A DNA stretch of 64,000 nucleotides, from NCBI GenBank assembly GCA_036397555.1, contig DASWIS010000001.1, forward strand, positions 120,854-184,853, in the 5' to 3' direction. The position numbers and the translations under genes are program-made. The first letter of the stretch is position 1; the number at the start of each line of letters is the position of its first letter. The notes beneath the pieces were generated by a model. It ran no database searches, was not told the DNA's origin, and saw only the letters and a program-made list of their open reading frames with translations. Source of the stretch: Candidatus Zixiibacteriota bacterium (GTDB lineage: Bacteria > Zixibacteria > MSB-5A5 > WJJR01). Positions 29,529 through 40,373 of the stretch are shown here, in pieces.

Positions 29529-31079
29529 ATGAGCGAGCTGGCTGACATCACAGGATTGGGCAAGACCCCGATCGCCGGAGAGAGTCCGGTCGGGGCATCG
29601 GTGCAGTTCGACGAGGACTATGAAAAGCTTCGCGCCGAGATGCAGAAGCTCGACTCGGTCACCGGCGAGACGGTCGAGTGGAGTTTGGTCGAGAATACCG
29701 GTGTCGATATCCTGCAAAACCGATCCAAGCATCTCTTAGTCGGCATCTACCTCTCGCTGGCGCTCTTTGAACGCCACGACTATGCCGGTCTGGCTGCCGG
29801 ATTTTCGATCCTGCGCGATCTGGTCACGACTTTCTGGGACACGATGGAGCCGCCGCTCAAACGCAAACGCGGCCGGATCGAGGGGTTCGTATGGCTGTGC
29901 GAACGGCTCGGCACGTCGATGCCCGACCGCAAGCCCACGGCCAGCGAGATGGAGGCAATGAAAACCTGCAAGGCCGTCCTGGGAGAACTTGGCGCTGCGC
30001 TCAATGAGAAGCTCGCCGATGATGCCCCGGGGCTGGCCGACTTGGAACGGCTGGTCAACGCGCACATCAAGGACCTTGAGGCGGCGGTCAAAGCCGCCGA
30101 AACCCGCAAGGCCCAGGCAGAGAAAGTCGCCTCGGGAGATGTTGACGATACCTCGTCCCCCGATGACGCGCGCAAAGTCTACCAGAACATTCGCACGAAG
30201 ATCGCCAAGATTTGCCAGATTATCCGTCGCGCCGCCCCGCAAGACCCGATCGCATACCGGTTGTTGCGCGCCTCAACCTGGGGGCCGCTGCAGACTTCGC
30301 CGCCGGATACCAGTGGGGTCACGCAGATCCCCGCCCCCGGCCCTGAGATTCGGGCGCGTCTCGATACCCAAGAAGCCAAGGCAGAGTGGGGGCCGATGCT
30401 GGAGACAATCGAAACGGCATATGATAACTCCCCGCTCTGGCTGGACTTGCAGCACTATCTTCTGAAAGCGTTCGATGAGCTGGGTGAGCAATACGACCTT
30501 GCCGCCGAGGCGGTGCGAGCCGAAATCGTCTCATTATTACGCCGCCTTCCCGACCTGACTGTCTTGGAGTTTGCCGGCGGAGTGCCCTTCGCCGACCCGC
30601 AGACTCGCAAGTACTTAGATAAGATGGTCAAGGAGATGTCCGCTCCCCAGGGGGGTGGTCCGGGCGCCATTACCGGCGCCCCGCCCGGACTAGAGGAGGC
30701 GGTCGAAGAGGCGCGGCGTCTGGCCGGCAAAGGCAAATTGACTGAGGCGGTGGGGCGCATGCAGGCGGGAATCTCTTCCACCGGTGAGCATCGGGCGCGG
30801 TTTCTCTGGCGGCTTGAATTGGCGCGACTTTGCCTCGACTCAGGTCGTGTGATCCTCGCGGCGCCCCTGTTGGAAGAACTGGAAACCCTCATTGATCGGC
30901 ATAATCTCGAGGCATGGGAGCCAGATCTTTGCAAGACGGTCTATACGGCCTTGCTGTCGGCGCGCCGACTTTTGCTGAAAGACACGCGGAAGGCGACGCC
31001 CGAGCTGATTCAGAAGACCAATTTGCTTCAGGACCGTTTGTCACGCCTGGACCCAACGGCTTTATTATCGATGGAATAA
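29529..31079 (+). CDS. tssA: type VI secretion protein TssA (ImpA N-terminal domain)
   Basis: ImpA_N-like N-terminus (PIAGESPVGASVQFDEDYEKLRAEM). 516 aa. Confidence 0.75.
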   Translation: MSELADITGLGKTPIAGESPVGASVQFDEDYEKLRAEMQKLDSVTGETVEWSLVENTGVDILQNRSKHLLVGIYLSLALFERHDYAGLAAGFSILRDLVTTFWDTMEPPLKRKRGRIEGFVWLCERLGTSMPDRKPTASEMEAMKTCKAVLGELGAALNEKLADDAPGLADLERLVNAHIKDLEAAVKAAETRKAQAEKVASGDVDDTSSPDDARKVYQNIRTKIAKICQIIRRAAPQDPIAYRLLRASTWGPLQTSPPDTSGVTQIPAPGPEIRARLDTQEAKAEWGPMLETIETAYDNSPLWLDLQHYLLKAFDELGEQYDLAAEAVRAEIVSLLRRLPDLTVLEFAGGVPFADPQTRKYLDKMVKEMSAPQGGGPGAITGAPPGLEEAVEEARRLAGKGKLTEAVGRMQAGISSTGEHRARFLWRLELARLCLDSGRVILAAPLLEELETLIDRHNLEAWEPDLCKTVYTALLSARRLLLKDTRKATPELIQKTNLLQDRLSRLDPTALLSME

Positions 31080-31175
31080 GTCGTGCATCGGCGACCGTTA
31101 ACCTTTAATATAAAGAGCGACTTTTGGCCGTTTGATCAGTCGAACCGCAGGACCACACTGACGAGGTGATGGCGT

Positions 31176-31658
31176 ATGGCGCAGGAAGGATCGGTCGCCC
31201 CGAAGGAACGAGTTAACATCGTCTACAAGCCGGCAACCGGGGTCGACGAAGAACGCGAGCTTCCCTTAAAACTCTTGATGCTGGGCGATTACACCCAACG
31301 TCCCGATGACACCCCATTAGAGGAGCGCAAAGTCATCAACGTTGACAAGGACAACTTCAACGATGTGATGAAGGCGCAGAATCTCGCTGTTCAGGCAAAC
31401 GTCAAGAATGTCTTGGCCGAAGAAGAAGGCGCTGAGATGCCGGTCAACCTGAAGTTCGAGAATGTCAAAGACTTCGGGCCGGAAGCGGTCGCCCAGCAGG
31501 TCCCCGAGCTTAAACGGCTCCTGGAGTTGCGCAATGCGCTCCTGGCGCTAAAGGGACCCCTGGGCAATGTCCCGGGATTCCGCAAGAAGATCATGGACAT
31601 CATGTCCGACGATGCCGCGCGCGACAAGCTGATGAAGGAGTTGGGCATCGGGGGCTGA
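31176..31658 (+). CDS. tssB: type VI secretion sheath small subunit TssB (VipA)
   Basis: ERVNIVYKPATG...LPLKLLMLGDYT...NVDKDNFNDVM canonical TssB. Confidence 0.9.
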   Translation: MAQEGSVAPKERVNIVYKPATGVDEERELPLKLLMLGDYTQRPDDTPLEERKVINVDKDNFNDVMKAQNLAVQANVKNVLAEEEGAEMPVNLKFENVKDFGPEAVAQQVPELKRLLELRNALLALKGPLGNVPGFRKKIMDIMSDDAARDKLMKELGIGG

Positions 31659-31700
31659 GACCGCCGAAACTGAATCGAGTCGAAACAGGAGAAAGCACAG

Positions 31701-33185
31701 ATGGCGGAAGAACAACGGCAACAGCCAGAGGGCTCGTCCGGCGCGGCGGCGGGTGGATCGCTCGTCGAGGAAATCCTGCTGGAGACCAAGCTGAAGCCCT
31801 CCGACGAGGGGTTCAGCGCGGCGCGCGAGGGAATGCGCGAGTTGATCGGGCTTTTGTCGCAGCCCGATCGCAAGGGCGAGCGTGTCCAGCAGAAGATCGT
31901 CGATGAAATGATCGCCGAGATCGACCAGAAGATGAGCCGTCAACTCGATCAGATCCTCCACAACCCATCCTATCAGAAGATGGAATCGGCCTGGCGGGGG
32001 CTGAAATTGGTGGTCGACCGCACCGATTTCCGCGAAAACACCAAAATCGAGTACCTCAATGTCTCCAAGGAAGATTTGCTCAACGATTTTGAGGATTCGC
32101 CGGAAATTCCCAAGTCGGGTCTGTACAAGCTGGTCTATTCCCGCGAATACGGACAATTCGGCGGGTCCCCGGTCGGAGCAATGGTGGCCAACTACGATTT
32201 CGGTCCCGGCTCGCAGGACATTGCCCTGTTGCAATACTGCGCGTCGGTCAGCGCCATGTCGCATGCGCCATTCATTGCCGCGGCGGGGCCGCAATTCTTC
32301 GGCGAGGACACCTGGCTGAAGTTCCCGAATCTCAAAGACCTCAAGTCGATCATGGAGGGACCGCGGTACACGAAATGGCGCGGGTTTCGCGAGTCGGAAG
32401 ACTCACGCTACGTCGGTCTGACCGCGCCGCGTTTCCTGCTGCGGTTGCCCTATAACAAGAAGGACAACCCGGTTAAGTCCTTCGACTACAATGAAACGGT
32501 CACCGACAACCACGAAAGCTATCTGTGGGGCAACACGGCCTTTGCCCTCGCGACCCGTTTGACCGACAGCTTTGCGAAATGGCGCTGGTGTCCGAACATC
32601 ATCGGCCCCAAGGGAGGCGGCTCCGTCGAAAACCTCCCGATCCACACCTTCGAGTCGATGGGCGAAGTGCAGGCGAAGATTCCCACCGAGATCCTCATCA
32701 CCGAGCGGCGCGAGTTCGAACTGGCTGAAGAGGGTTTCATGGGCCTGACGATGCGCAAAGACTCCGATAATGCCTGCTTCTTCTCGGCCAACTCGGCGCA
32801 AAAGCCGAAGTTTTTCGGTACCTCCAAAGAAGGCAAAGACGCCGAGTTGAACTACAAGCTCGGAACCCAGCTACCCTATATCTTCATCGTTTCGCGTCTG
32901 GCGCACTATCTGAAGGTCCTGCAGCGCGAGAACCTCGGCAGTTGGAAGGAACGCGCCGATTTGGAGCGCGAACTCAATGATTGGATCCGTCAGTACGTTG
33001 TGGACATGGACAATCCCAAACCCGGTGTCCGCAGCCGCAAGCCGTTGCGCAAGGCGCAGGTGACCGTCGAGGACGTCGAGGGCAATCCGGGGTGGTACAA
33101 AGTCGACTTGAAGGTACGACCGCATTTCAAATACATGGGTTCGGATATCACATTGTCGCTGGTCGGAAAGCTGGATCAGAAGTAA
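31701..33185 (+). CDS. tssC: type VI secretion sheath large subunit TssC (VipB)
   Basis: 494 aa, canonical TssC blocks (SLVEEILLETKL..., ...WRGLKLVV...). Confidence 0.9.
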   Translation: MAEEQRQQPEGSSGAAAGGSLVEEILLETKLKPSDEGFSAAREGMRELIGLLSQPDRKGERVQQKIVDEMIAEIDQKMSRQLDQILHNPSYQKMESAWRGLKLVVDRTDFRENTKIEYLNVSKEDLLNDFEDSPEIPKSGLYKLVYSREYGQFGGSPVGAMVANYDFGPGSQDIALLQYCASVSAMSHAPFIAAAGPQFFGEDTWLKFPNLKDLKSIMEGPRYTKWRGFRESEDSRYVGLTAPRFLLRLPYNKKDNPVKSFDYNETVTDNHESYLWGNTAFALATRLTDSFAKWRWCPNIIGPKGGGSVENLPIHTFESMGEVQAKIPTEILITERREFELAEEGFMGLTMRKDSDNACFFSANSAQKPKFFGTSKEGKDAELNYKLGTQLPYIFIVSRLAHYLKVLQRENLGSWKERADLERELNDWIRQYVVDMDNPKPGVRSRKPLRKAQVTVEDVEGNPGWYKVDLKVRPHFKYMGSDITLSLVGKLDQK

Positions 33186-33249
33186 GACGCTGGCGGGGGG
33201 CGCCGACGCCAAGTGAGCACACCAGCAATCCCGTAGGAGGGTTTACGTC

Positions 33250-33735
33250 ATGCCAATGCCATTTTACATGACGCTGGAGGGTGAGGCGCAGGGTGCGATC
33301 GAGGGTTCGTGCGACCAGAGCGGGCGCGAGGGGACCATCCTCTGCCAGGCGCTGCAACACGACATCACGATCCCCCGCGATCCGCAGACCGGACAGCCGT
33401 CGGGTCTGCGCGTCCACAACCCGCTCGTCGTCACCAAAGTGTTCGACAAGGCCTCGCCGAAGCTGTACCAGGCGCTGACCTCCGGTGAGCGCATGAAGGA
33501 TGTCACGCTCAAGTGGTACCGCATCGACAAGGCCGGCATCGAGGAGCACTACTTCACGGTCAAGCTTGAAGATGCGATCGTCGTCTCGATGAGACCCTGG
33601 GTGCCCAACTGCCTCGATCCCCAGTATGAATCGCTGGGCCACATGGAAGACGTGTCCTTCACGTACCGTAAGATCATCTGGACCTGGGAGCCGGATGGCA
33701 TCGAATCCGAAGACGATTGGCGTCAACGCAAATAG
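33250..33735 (+). CDS. hcp: Hcp (TssD) tube protein
   Basis: FYMTLEGEAQGAIEGS... typical Hcp N-terminus. 161 aa. Confidence 0.85.
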   Translation: MPMPFYMTLEGEAQGAIEGSCDQSGREGTILCQALQHDITIPRDPQTGQPSGLRVHNPLVVTKVFDKASPKLYQALTSGERMKDVTLKWYRIDKAGIEEHYFTVKLEDAIVVSMRPWVPNCLDPQYESLGHMEDVSFTYRKIIWTWEPDGIESEDDWRQRK

Positions 33736-33848
33736 CGCTGGTGCCCTCGGATTCATTCGACATTGACGCGGTCCATCGGCGGCTCCGGACAGCATCCGGG
33801 GCCGCCGTTTTCATTGGCGTGACGATTCTCTTTGCTGACGGCAGGCGC

Positions 33849-34271
33849 ATGAACATCAACGAACGGACATTGCTGGAACGGCTCTCCGACCCCAATCCGG
33901 AAGGGGATCGACGGCTCCAGGTCGATGTCAGCCGGCTGAAACGATCGGTTCTCTTGCATCTGTCGCGCATGCTCAATTGCCGTCATGGGCATGCGCCGGC
34001 GCAGCCCGATTACGGGATTCCCGACCTCAACGAATTCATGTACGCCTTTCCCGATTCGATCACGCCGATGCGGCAGGCGATCCAGGCCTCCATCGAGAAG
34101 TATGAGCCGCGCCTGAAGAATGTGCGCGTCATCTGGTCGCCCGATGAGGATGACCCGCTCAATGTGCGCTTCGAGATCACCGCGCGTCTGATCACGGAGA
34201 AAGACGATCTTCCGGTGGCCTTCTCGACCAAAGCGAGCGGGGGCTCCGGGCTGGCGGTGGAGGAGAGTTAG
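33849..34271 (+). CDS. tssE: type VI secretion baseplate protein TssE (gp25-like)
   Basis: Internal start MNINERTLLERL...RLKRSVLLHLSRMLNCRHGH...DYGIPDL matches the gp25/GPW family. Confidence 0.8.
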   Translation: MNINERTLLERLSDPNPEGDRRLQVDVSRLKRSVLLHLSRMLNCRHGHAPAQPDYGIPDLNEFMYAFPDSITPMRQAIQASIEKYEPRLKNVRVIWSPDEDDPLNVRFEITARLITEKDDLPVAFSTKASGGSGLAVEES

Positions 34272-34313
34272 CAGTCGCGTCTGTTGTCCCGACGTCCAGT
34301 TCATTCACTGAAT

Positions 34314-36062
34314 ATGTTCAACAAATACTACCAGGACGAACTCTCCTACCTGCGCGCCATGGGACGCGAATTTGCCGGGGCCCATCCGCAACTGGCACCG
34401 ATGCTCGCCGAAGCCGGGACTGACCCGGATGTCGAACGGCTGTTGGAGGGGTTCGCGTTTCTCACCGGACGCATCCGTCAGCGGCTCGACAGCGAACTGC
34501 CGGAGCTGACCCATGCGCTGGTCGATCTTTTGTGGCCGCACTATCTGCGTCCGGTGCCGGCGATGTCGATTCTACAATTCGAGGCGGCCGCGACGCTGCA
34601 GGAGACACAGATCATCAAGCGCGGCACATCGATTGAATCGGCGCCGGTCGAGGGGACGCGCTGCCGTTTTCGCACGACTGCCGACGTGCGGCTGTATCCA
34701 TTTCGCATCAGTGACGTTAAGCTCGATGTCCCGTTGTCAAAGGCGGCGTCGCTCACCGTCACGTTCGCCGTCGGCGAGCAGGTCAACATGTCGGGACTGG
34801 ATTTGGGTCCGCTGCGCTTGTTTCTGCACGGTGACGCGCAACCGGTCGGACTTCTGTACTTGTGGCTGTGTCGTCATGTTCAGTCGGTCACCCTGCAATC
34901 GGGATCACAAAGTGCCTCGCTGCCGGTGTCAGCCGTTGTCCCCGCCGGGTTCGATGACGCCGAAGCGTTGTTGCCGTATCCGTCGGAATCGTTTGCGGCG
35001 TATCGACTGCTGCAGGAGTTCTTCGCGCTGCCGGAGCGGTATCACTTTATCGACATCGTCGACTTGCGTCCGCTGGCGCAGATGGAGTCCGTCCGGGATT
35101 TCTCCTTCGTCGTCACCTTCGATGAGAATCCCCCCGGTGAACTGCGCATCGGCCGCGACATGATCCGCGCCGGTTGCACGCCGATCGTCAATCTTCAGGG
35201 CATGCGCTCGGCGCCGGTGACGGTCGATCACGAACGCACCGAATACCGTTTGCGCGCCGATGCCTCCGACCCCGACCACTTCGAAGTCTTTTCAGTCGAC
35301 AAGGTGCTGGGATGGACCAAGGGGACACTGAAAGAACGTGAATACAAACGCTTCTTCTCGTTTTCGCATGTTCCGGGTACCGAGGGCGCCGATGGCGACC
35401 CGTATTACAACGTGCGCCTGCGTCCAGCATCGGTAGGCGCCGGTACTGACGTCTATTTGTCGTTTGTTGCCGAGTCGGAGTCCGGTGTCATGCCGCCGAC
35501 TGAGACGGTCGCCGCCGATCTCACCTGCACCAATAGAAATCTGCCCGCGAAGCTGCATCCCGGCGAGATCAACGTGCCCACTTCGCAGTCGCCGGCGTTC
35601 GCCACATTCAACAACATCACGCGCGTCACGCCATCGGTTGCACCGCCGTTGGAGGGACGTCTCCTGTGGCATTTGGTCGCACACCAATCGCTGAACTACC
35701 TGTCGTTGGCCGATGTCAATTCGCTGCGTGCGATGCTGGGGATGTACAACTTCCCGGCGCTCTCCGACCGTCAGGCGGCCCGCACCGGACGACAGCGGTT
35801 GGAGGGCATCACCAGGGTCAAGGCCGCGCCTGATGACATGATCCGCCATGGGGCGGCCCATCGCGGCATCGCGGTCGATCTGGAAATGGACGAGGAGAGC
35901 TTTGCCGGTGAAGGGGACATGTATTTGTTCGCGTCGGTATTGAATCGATTTTTTGGCCAATATGCCACGATCAATGCGTTCACGCGGCTGTCAGTGCGCG
36001 GGACGCGCCAGGGAGCGATCTACCAATGGCCGGCGATGCTGGGATCCCGACCACTTCTGTAG
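34314..36062 (+). CDS. tssF: type VI secretion baseplate protein TssF
   Basis: MFNKYYQDELSYLRAMGREFA... canonical TssF N-terminus. Confidence 0.85.
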   Translation: MFNKYYQDELSYLRAMGREFAGAHPQLAPMLAEAGTDPDVERLLEGFAFLTGRIRQRLDSELPELTHALVDLLWPHYLRPVPAMSILQFEAAATLQETQIIKRGTSIESAPVEGTRCRFRTTADVRLYPFRISDVKLDVPLSKAASLTVTFAVGEQVNMSGLDLGPLRLFLHGDAQPVGLLYLWLCRHVQSVTLQSGSQSASLPVSAVVPAGFDDAEALLPYPSESFAAYRLLQEFFALPERYHFIDIVDLRPLAQMESVRDFSFVVTFDENPPGELRIGRDMIRAGCTPIVNLQGMRSAPVTVDHERTEYRLRADASDPDHFEVFSVDKVLGWTKGTLKEREYKRFFSFSHVPGTEGADGDPYYNVRLRPASVGAGTDVYLSFVAESESGVMPPTETVAADLTCTNRNLPAKLHPGEINVPTSQSPAFATFNNITRVTPSVAPPLEGRLLWHLVAHQSLNYLSLADVNSLRAMLGMYNFPALSDRQAARTGRQRLEGITRVKAAPDDMIRHGAAHRGIAVDLEMDEESFAGEGDMYLFASVLNRFFGQYATINAFTRLSVRGTRQGAIYQWPAMLGSRPLL

Positions 36063-37033
36063 CCGAAGCGCTGCGGGTTCGCGCCCCGCACTTCGCCTTC
36101 ATGCAGGCGATGTGGCTGCTGCGGCGCGCGTATGGTGATGCGCCGGAGCCGGGGTTTCAGGGGCCGCCCTCGGAGGAGTTTGTCCGTTTACGACCGAGCG
36201 CGTCGTTGGCGTTTCCTCCGGGCGAGATCGAAGACTTCACGGATGATTCCCCGACACCGCCGGCGCGGCGTCTGACGTCGACGTTCCTGGGACTGTATGG
36301 CGCCCACTCGCCGTTGCCGAATTTCTACTCGGAACTGGTGCTGCAACGAATCGCTGACGACGACAACCACGCGTTGCGCGCCTTTCTCGATATTTTCAAT
36401 CACCGTCTCCTGTCGTTGTTGTATCGCGGGTTGCTGAAGTATCGCGGGCATCTTCTGTTCGAACGCCACGCCCGCGATGAATGCTCGTGGCGGCTGTTTG
36501 CTCTCTCCGGGTTCGATCAGCCCGAGGCACGTCCCCAAACGGGTGTGCCCGCGCCGATGCTATTGCGATTTGCGGGGTTGTGGAGCCAGTCGCCGCGTTC
36601 GGCGTCGGCGGTCGGCGCTATTCTCCGGACGCTGCTGCATCCGCTGCCGGTCCGAATCGCGCAATGCGTGCCGCGCTGGGTTTACCTGCGCGATGACCAA
36701 CGCACGCGGTTGGGAGCCCATGCCTGCCGTCTCGGCGACGATTGCACGATCGGCGCGCGCGTGCCCGATTGCACGGGAAAGTTTCGTATCCAGGTCGGCC
36801 CGGTGAATCTTGAAACCTACCGCCGCTTTCTGCCCGGGCAACAGTTGCTCGATACAGTGCGCCGGCTGGCGGGATTGGCCGCCTCGGATGCATTGGCCCA
36901 TGATGTCGAGATAACGCTGGATCGCGGCGACACCGCGCATTTGGGTGTCCGCCTGGGGCAGGAGGGCGCGCTGGGCTGGACCGCAGGATTCTTTGAGCGC
37001 TCGACAACCGAGGTGGCAATCACCTTTTCTTAA
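36026..37033 (+). CDS. tssG: type VI secretion baseplate protein TssG
   Basis: 335 aa, overlaps the tssF 3' end by 37 nt. TssG-like FAFMQAMWLLRR... Confidence 0.8.
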   Translation: MAGDAGIPTTSVAEALRVRAPHFAFMQAMWLLRRAYGDAPEPGFQGPPSEEFVRLRPSASLAFPPGEIEDFTDDSPTPPARRLTSTFLGLYGAHSPLPNFYSELVLQRIADDDNHALRAFLDIFNHRLLSLLYRGLLKYRGHLLFERHARDECSWRLFALSGFDQPEARPQTGVPAPMLLRFAGLWSQSPRSASAVGAILRTLLHPLPVRIAQCVPRWVYLRDDQRTRLGAHACRLGDDCTIGARVPDCTGKFRIQVGPVNLETYRRFLPGQQLLDTVRRLAGLAASDALAHDVEITLDRGDTAHLGVRLGQEGALGWTAGFFERSTTEVAITFS

Positions 37034-37078
37034 AGAGTACATTGCAGGCGGGGATGTATCCCCGATAGGACACACCTC

Positions 37079-39754
37079 ATGGCGAAACTGGAATTGCGGC
37101 CGTTGCTGGGCAAGCTCAATGCGTACGCAAGCGGGGCGGTCGAGGCGGCGGCGGGGCTGTGCGTGGCGCGGGCCCACTACGAGGTGACCGTCGATCACAT
37201 CATGCTGAAGCTGCTGGACAATCCGCAGGCCGATGTCCAGCAGATACTCCGGCACTTCGAGATCGATCCCTCGCGCGTGATCGGCGCGTTTCAACACAAT
37301 GTCGAAGGGCTGCGCGCGGGCAACACCGGCAAGCCGGTCTTTTCGCCGTTGTTGTCCGGCTGGCTGCAGCAGGCATGGCTGGCCGGATCGGTCAACCTCG
37401 GTCACGGTGTGCTGCGCTCCGGTACGCTGCTCTTGGCGCTCATGGACAATCGCGCGCAATACCTCGTCGGCGGCGAAGTGCTCGAATTGGATGCCGTCGA
37501 CTCCGAAGTTCTGCTCAAGCAGTTCGACGACATCACGGCCGTATCGATGGAGACGCAGCAGGTCCGCGCAGCGGCCGCATCCGGCGTAGCGGAGGCGGGC
37601 AAGGGGACGCCCGGCGGCGACACGGCACTGGGACGATTCTGCATCGACTTTACCGCGCGCGCCAGACAGGGTGGGATCGATCCGGTCTTTGGACGTGACA
37701 CTGAGATTCGTCAGATGGTCGATATCCTCGCCCGGCGTCGGAAGAACAATCCGATCGTTGTCGGCGAGCCCGGTGTCGGCAAAACCGCGGTTGTCGAGGG
37801 GTTGGCGCTGCGCATCGCCGAAGACGATGTGCCCGATCTGCTCAAAGGCGTGTCGCTGTTGGGGCTCGACCTCGGGCTCTTGCAGGCGGGAGCCGGTGTC
37901 AAAGGCGAGTTCGAAAACCGTCTCAAGCAGGTCATTCACGAAGTCAAGTCATCGGGCGTCCCGATCATTCTGTTCATCGACGAGGCACACACAATGATCG
38001 GCGCCGGCGGTGCGGCCGGTGGATCGGACGCCGCCAATCTGCTCAAACCGGCTCTGGCACGCGGCGAGTTGCGCACGATCGCGGCCACCACGTGGTCGGA
38101 ATACAAGAAGTACTTCGAGAAAGACCCGGCGCTGGCACGGCGTTTCCAACTGGTCAAGCTCGATGAACCGTCGGTTTCCGATACCGTTGTCATGCTGCGC
38201 GGACTGCGCGAGCGTTATGAGAAGGCGCACAACGTGCACATCCCCGATGACGCGCTGGTCTCGGCGGCCGAGCTGTCGGGACGGTACATTTCCGGACGGC
38301 TGCTCCCCGACAAGGCGGTCGATCTGATCGACACGGCCGCGGCGCGCGTGAAGATCGGCATCTCCTCGCGTCCGAATGCGCTGGAGGACTTGACCAGGCA
38401 GATTCAAATGCTCACGCGGGAACTCAACGCACACCGACGCGATCTGATCGGGCGCGGCGACGATGACGATGTGCGCATCAAAGACCTGAACGCCGCGATC
38501 GCGGACAAACAGTCGGCATCGGTGTCACTGGAGAAACAGTGGCAGACCGAAAAGGAAGCCGTCGACCAGTATCTCGCGATACGTCAGCGGCTGATGGGGG
38601 GCAATGGCGACGGCCAGGAGACCAATCCTGTCAAAGACCCGGCGGTTTCCATACCGGGCGATCCCAAACAACTCAAGGCGGCGAAGGCCAAGCTCGAATC
38701 GACACAAGGTTCCTCGCCGCTCATACCATTGGAAGTCACGCCCGAGGTGATCGGCAAGGTCGTGGCTGACTGGACCGGCATTCCGGTCGGCAAGATGGTC
38801 AAAGATCAAGCCGAGGCGATCCTGACATTCGAGGAGCGACTCAAGGAACGCATCAAGGGACAGGACTTCGCGGTCTCCGCGGTCGCGCATGGTATCCGCG
38901 CATCGAAAGCCGGTGTGCAGGATCCCGGCAAACCGATCGGCGTGTTCTTGTTTGTCGGTCCCTCCGGAGTCGGCAAGACTGAGACCGCGCTCGGCGTCGC
39001 CGATCTGCTCTTCGGCGGCGAGCGCTTCATGGCGACGATCAACATGTCGGAGTTTCAGGAAAAGCACACCGTGTCACGCTTGATCGGATCACCGCCGGGG
39101 TATGTCGGCTACGGCGAGGGCGGCGTACTGACCGAGGCGGTGCGACAGCGGCCGTACTCCGTCGTTCTGCTGGACGAAGTGGAGAAGGCCGACCCGGAGG
39201 TCATGAATCTCTTCTACCAGGTGTTTGACAAGGGAATGCTCTCCGACGGTGAGGGGCGCGAGATCGACTTCAAGAATACGGTCATGTTCATGACCTCCAA
39301 TCTGGCGACCGATGAAATCATGGCCTTGGGCATGGCCGACCAACCGCCGACGCATGAAGCCGTTGTGTCGGCGATCCGGCCCATTCTCAATCGCCATTTC
39401 AAGCCGGCGCTCGTCGGGCGGATGACCATCGTTCCGTTTTTCCCGCTGAAATCCGACGCGATCGGACGGATCGTCCGTCTCAAGCTCGAACGCGTGGCCA
39501 AACGTCTGAACGAGAGCCACAAGATGGCGCTGTCCTACGACGATGCCGTTGTCGATCAAATCACCGCGCGCTGCACCGAGGTGGAGACCGGCGCGCGCAA
39601 TATCGACAACATCCTGTCCGGCTCGCTGTTGCCGCGCATCTCGACGGAAATCCTGCAGCGCATGACCGCAGGGCCGTTGCCGGAACGGCTGACGTTGGGC
39701 ATCGACGCTGTGTCGGAGTTTACTTTGGTGTTTGGTGACGGCAACGCAGCATAA
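37079..39754 (+). CDS. clpV: type VI secretion AAA+ ATPase ClpV (TssH)
   Basis: Clp N-domain, two AAA+ modules ([18 protein letters not shown]). 891 aa. Confidence 0.9.
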   Translation: MAKLELRPLLGKLNAYASGAVEAAAGLCVARAHYEVTVDHIMLKLLDNPQADVQQILRHFEIDPSRVIGAFQHNVEGLRAGNTGKPVFSPLLSGWLQQAWLAGSVNLGHGVLRSGTLLLALMDNRAQYLVGGEVLELDAVDSEVLLKQFDDITAVSMETQQVRAAAASGVAEAGKGTPGGDTALGRFCIDFTARARQGGIDPVFGRDTEIRQMVDILARRRKNNPIVVGEPGVGKTAVVEGLALRIAEDDVPDLLKGVSLLGLDLGLLQAGAGVKGEFENRLKQVIHEVKSSGVPIILFIDEAHTMIGAGGAAGGSDAANLLKPALARGELRTIAATTWSEYKKYFEKDPALARRFQLVKLDEPSVSDTVVMLRGLRERYEKAHNVHIPDDALVSAAELSGRYISGRLLPDKAVDLIDTAAARVKIGISSRPNALEDLTRQIQMLTRELNAHRRDLIGRGDDDDVRIKDLNAAIADKQSASVSLEKQWQTEKEAVDQYLAIRQRLMGGNGDGQETNPVKDPAVSIPGDPKQLKAAKAKLESTQGSSPLIPLEVTPEVIGKVVADWTGIPVGKMVKDQAEAILTFEERLKERIKGQDFAVSAVAHGIRASKAGVQDPGKPIGVFLFVGPSGVGKTETALGVADLLFGGERFMATINMSEFQEKHTVSRLIGSPPGYVGYGEGGVLTEAVRQRPYSVVLLDEVEKADPEVMNLFYQVFDKGMLSDGEGREIDFKNTVMFMTSNLATDEIMALGMADQPPTHEAVVSAIRPILNRHFKPALVGRMTIVPFFPLKSDAIGRIVRLKLERVAKRLNESHKMALSYDDAVVDQITARCTEVETGARNIDNILSGSLLPRISTEILQRMTAGPLPERLTLGIDAVSEFTLVFGDGNAA

Positions 39755-39782
39755 CTGCGGCGTGGCGCGTTGATATACCTGT

Positions 39783-40355
39783 ATGGCACGCATGACCTAC
39801 GATATCTTCAGCGGCACTCTCGAAGCGCATTCGTCGTCGGGGGGACCGTCGGTCATCACCGAAGCGCGATCCGGCGCATCACGCTGGTGGTTTGACTCGG
39901 AGATCAAGCAGCACGGCTCTCATGGATCGCTGCGGCACGTCCATGGCGGGCCAATCCCGCCGGGACGCTGGGAGATTCTCGCGCCGGGGACACCGCATCC
40001 CGACGGCGGGACACTGCGCCCCCACTGGATCCCGTTGCGCCCGTTGTTTCAAACCGCTCGAACACACCTGTACATCCATCCGTCCGGCGCGCAGGACAAC
40101 CTGAACACCGAAGGGTGCATCGTTGTCCGGGGCTCGATCATCTCCGGCAACATCAGTGGTACATATCGGCTCATCTATGACATGGTCGTCGCCGACCGTG
40201 GCGGCGAACTCACGGTGGAGCGCGGCGACACATGCCGTTACCAACTCGCGCGCGGCGACGATGTCATTGTCCGCGCGAGCGCTCCGACCATTGCCGCCTC
40301 CGAAGCGCATGCCGGCGCCGTGGCGCCGCGGACGGCACGCACGATGATTGTCTGA
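39783..40355 (+). CDS. DUF2778-family protein (Tlde1-like L,D-transpeptidase-fold putative T6SS effector)
   Basis: GGPIPPGRWEIL and YIHPSGAQDNLNTEGCIVV resemble the DUF2778/Tlde1 motifs (GPIPxGxY; H-x(n)-GC). Confidence 0.5.
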   Translation: MARMTYDIFSGTLEAHSSSGGPSVITEARSGASRWWFDSEIKQHGSHGSLRHVHGGPIPPGRWEILAPGTPHPDGGTLRPHWIPLRPLFQTARTHLYIHPSGAQDNLNTEGCIVVRGSIISGNISGTYRLIYDMVVADRGGELTVERGDTCRYQLARGDDVIVRASAPTIAASEAHAGAVAPRTARTMIV

Positions 40356-40373
40356 GTCGGGTGTTGATGGGAT

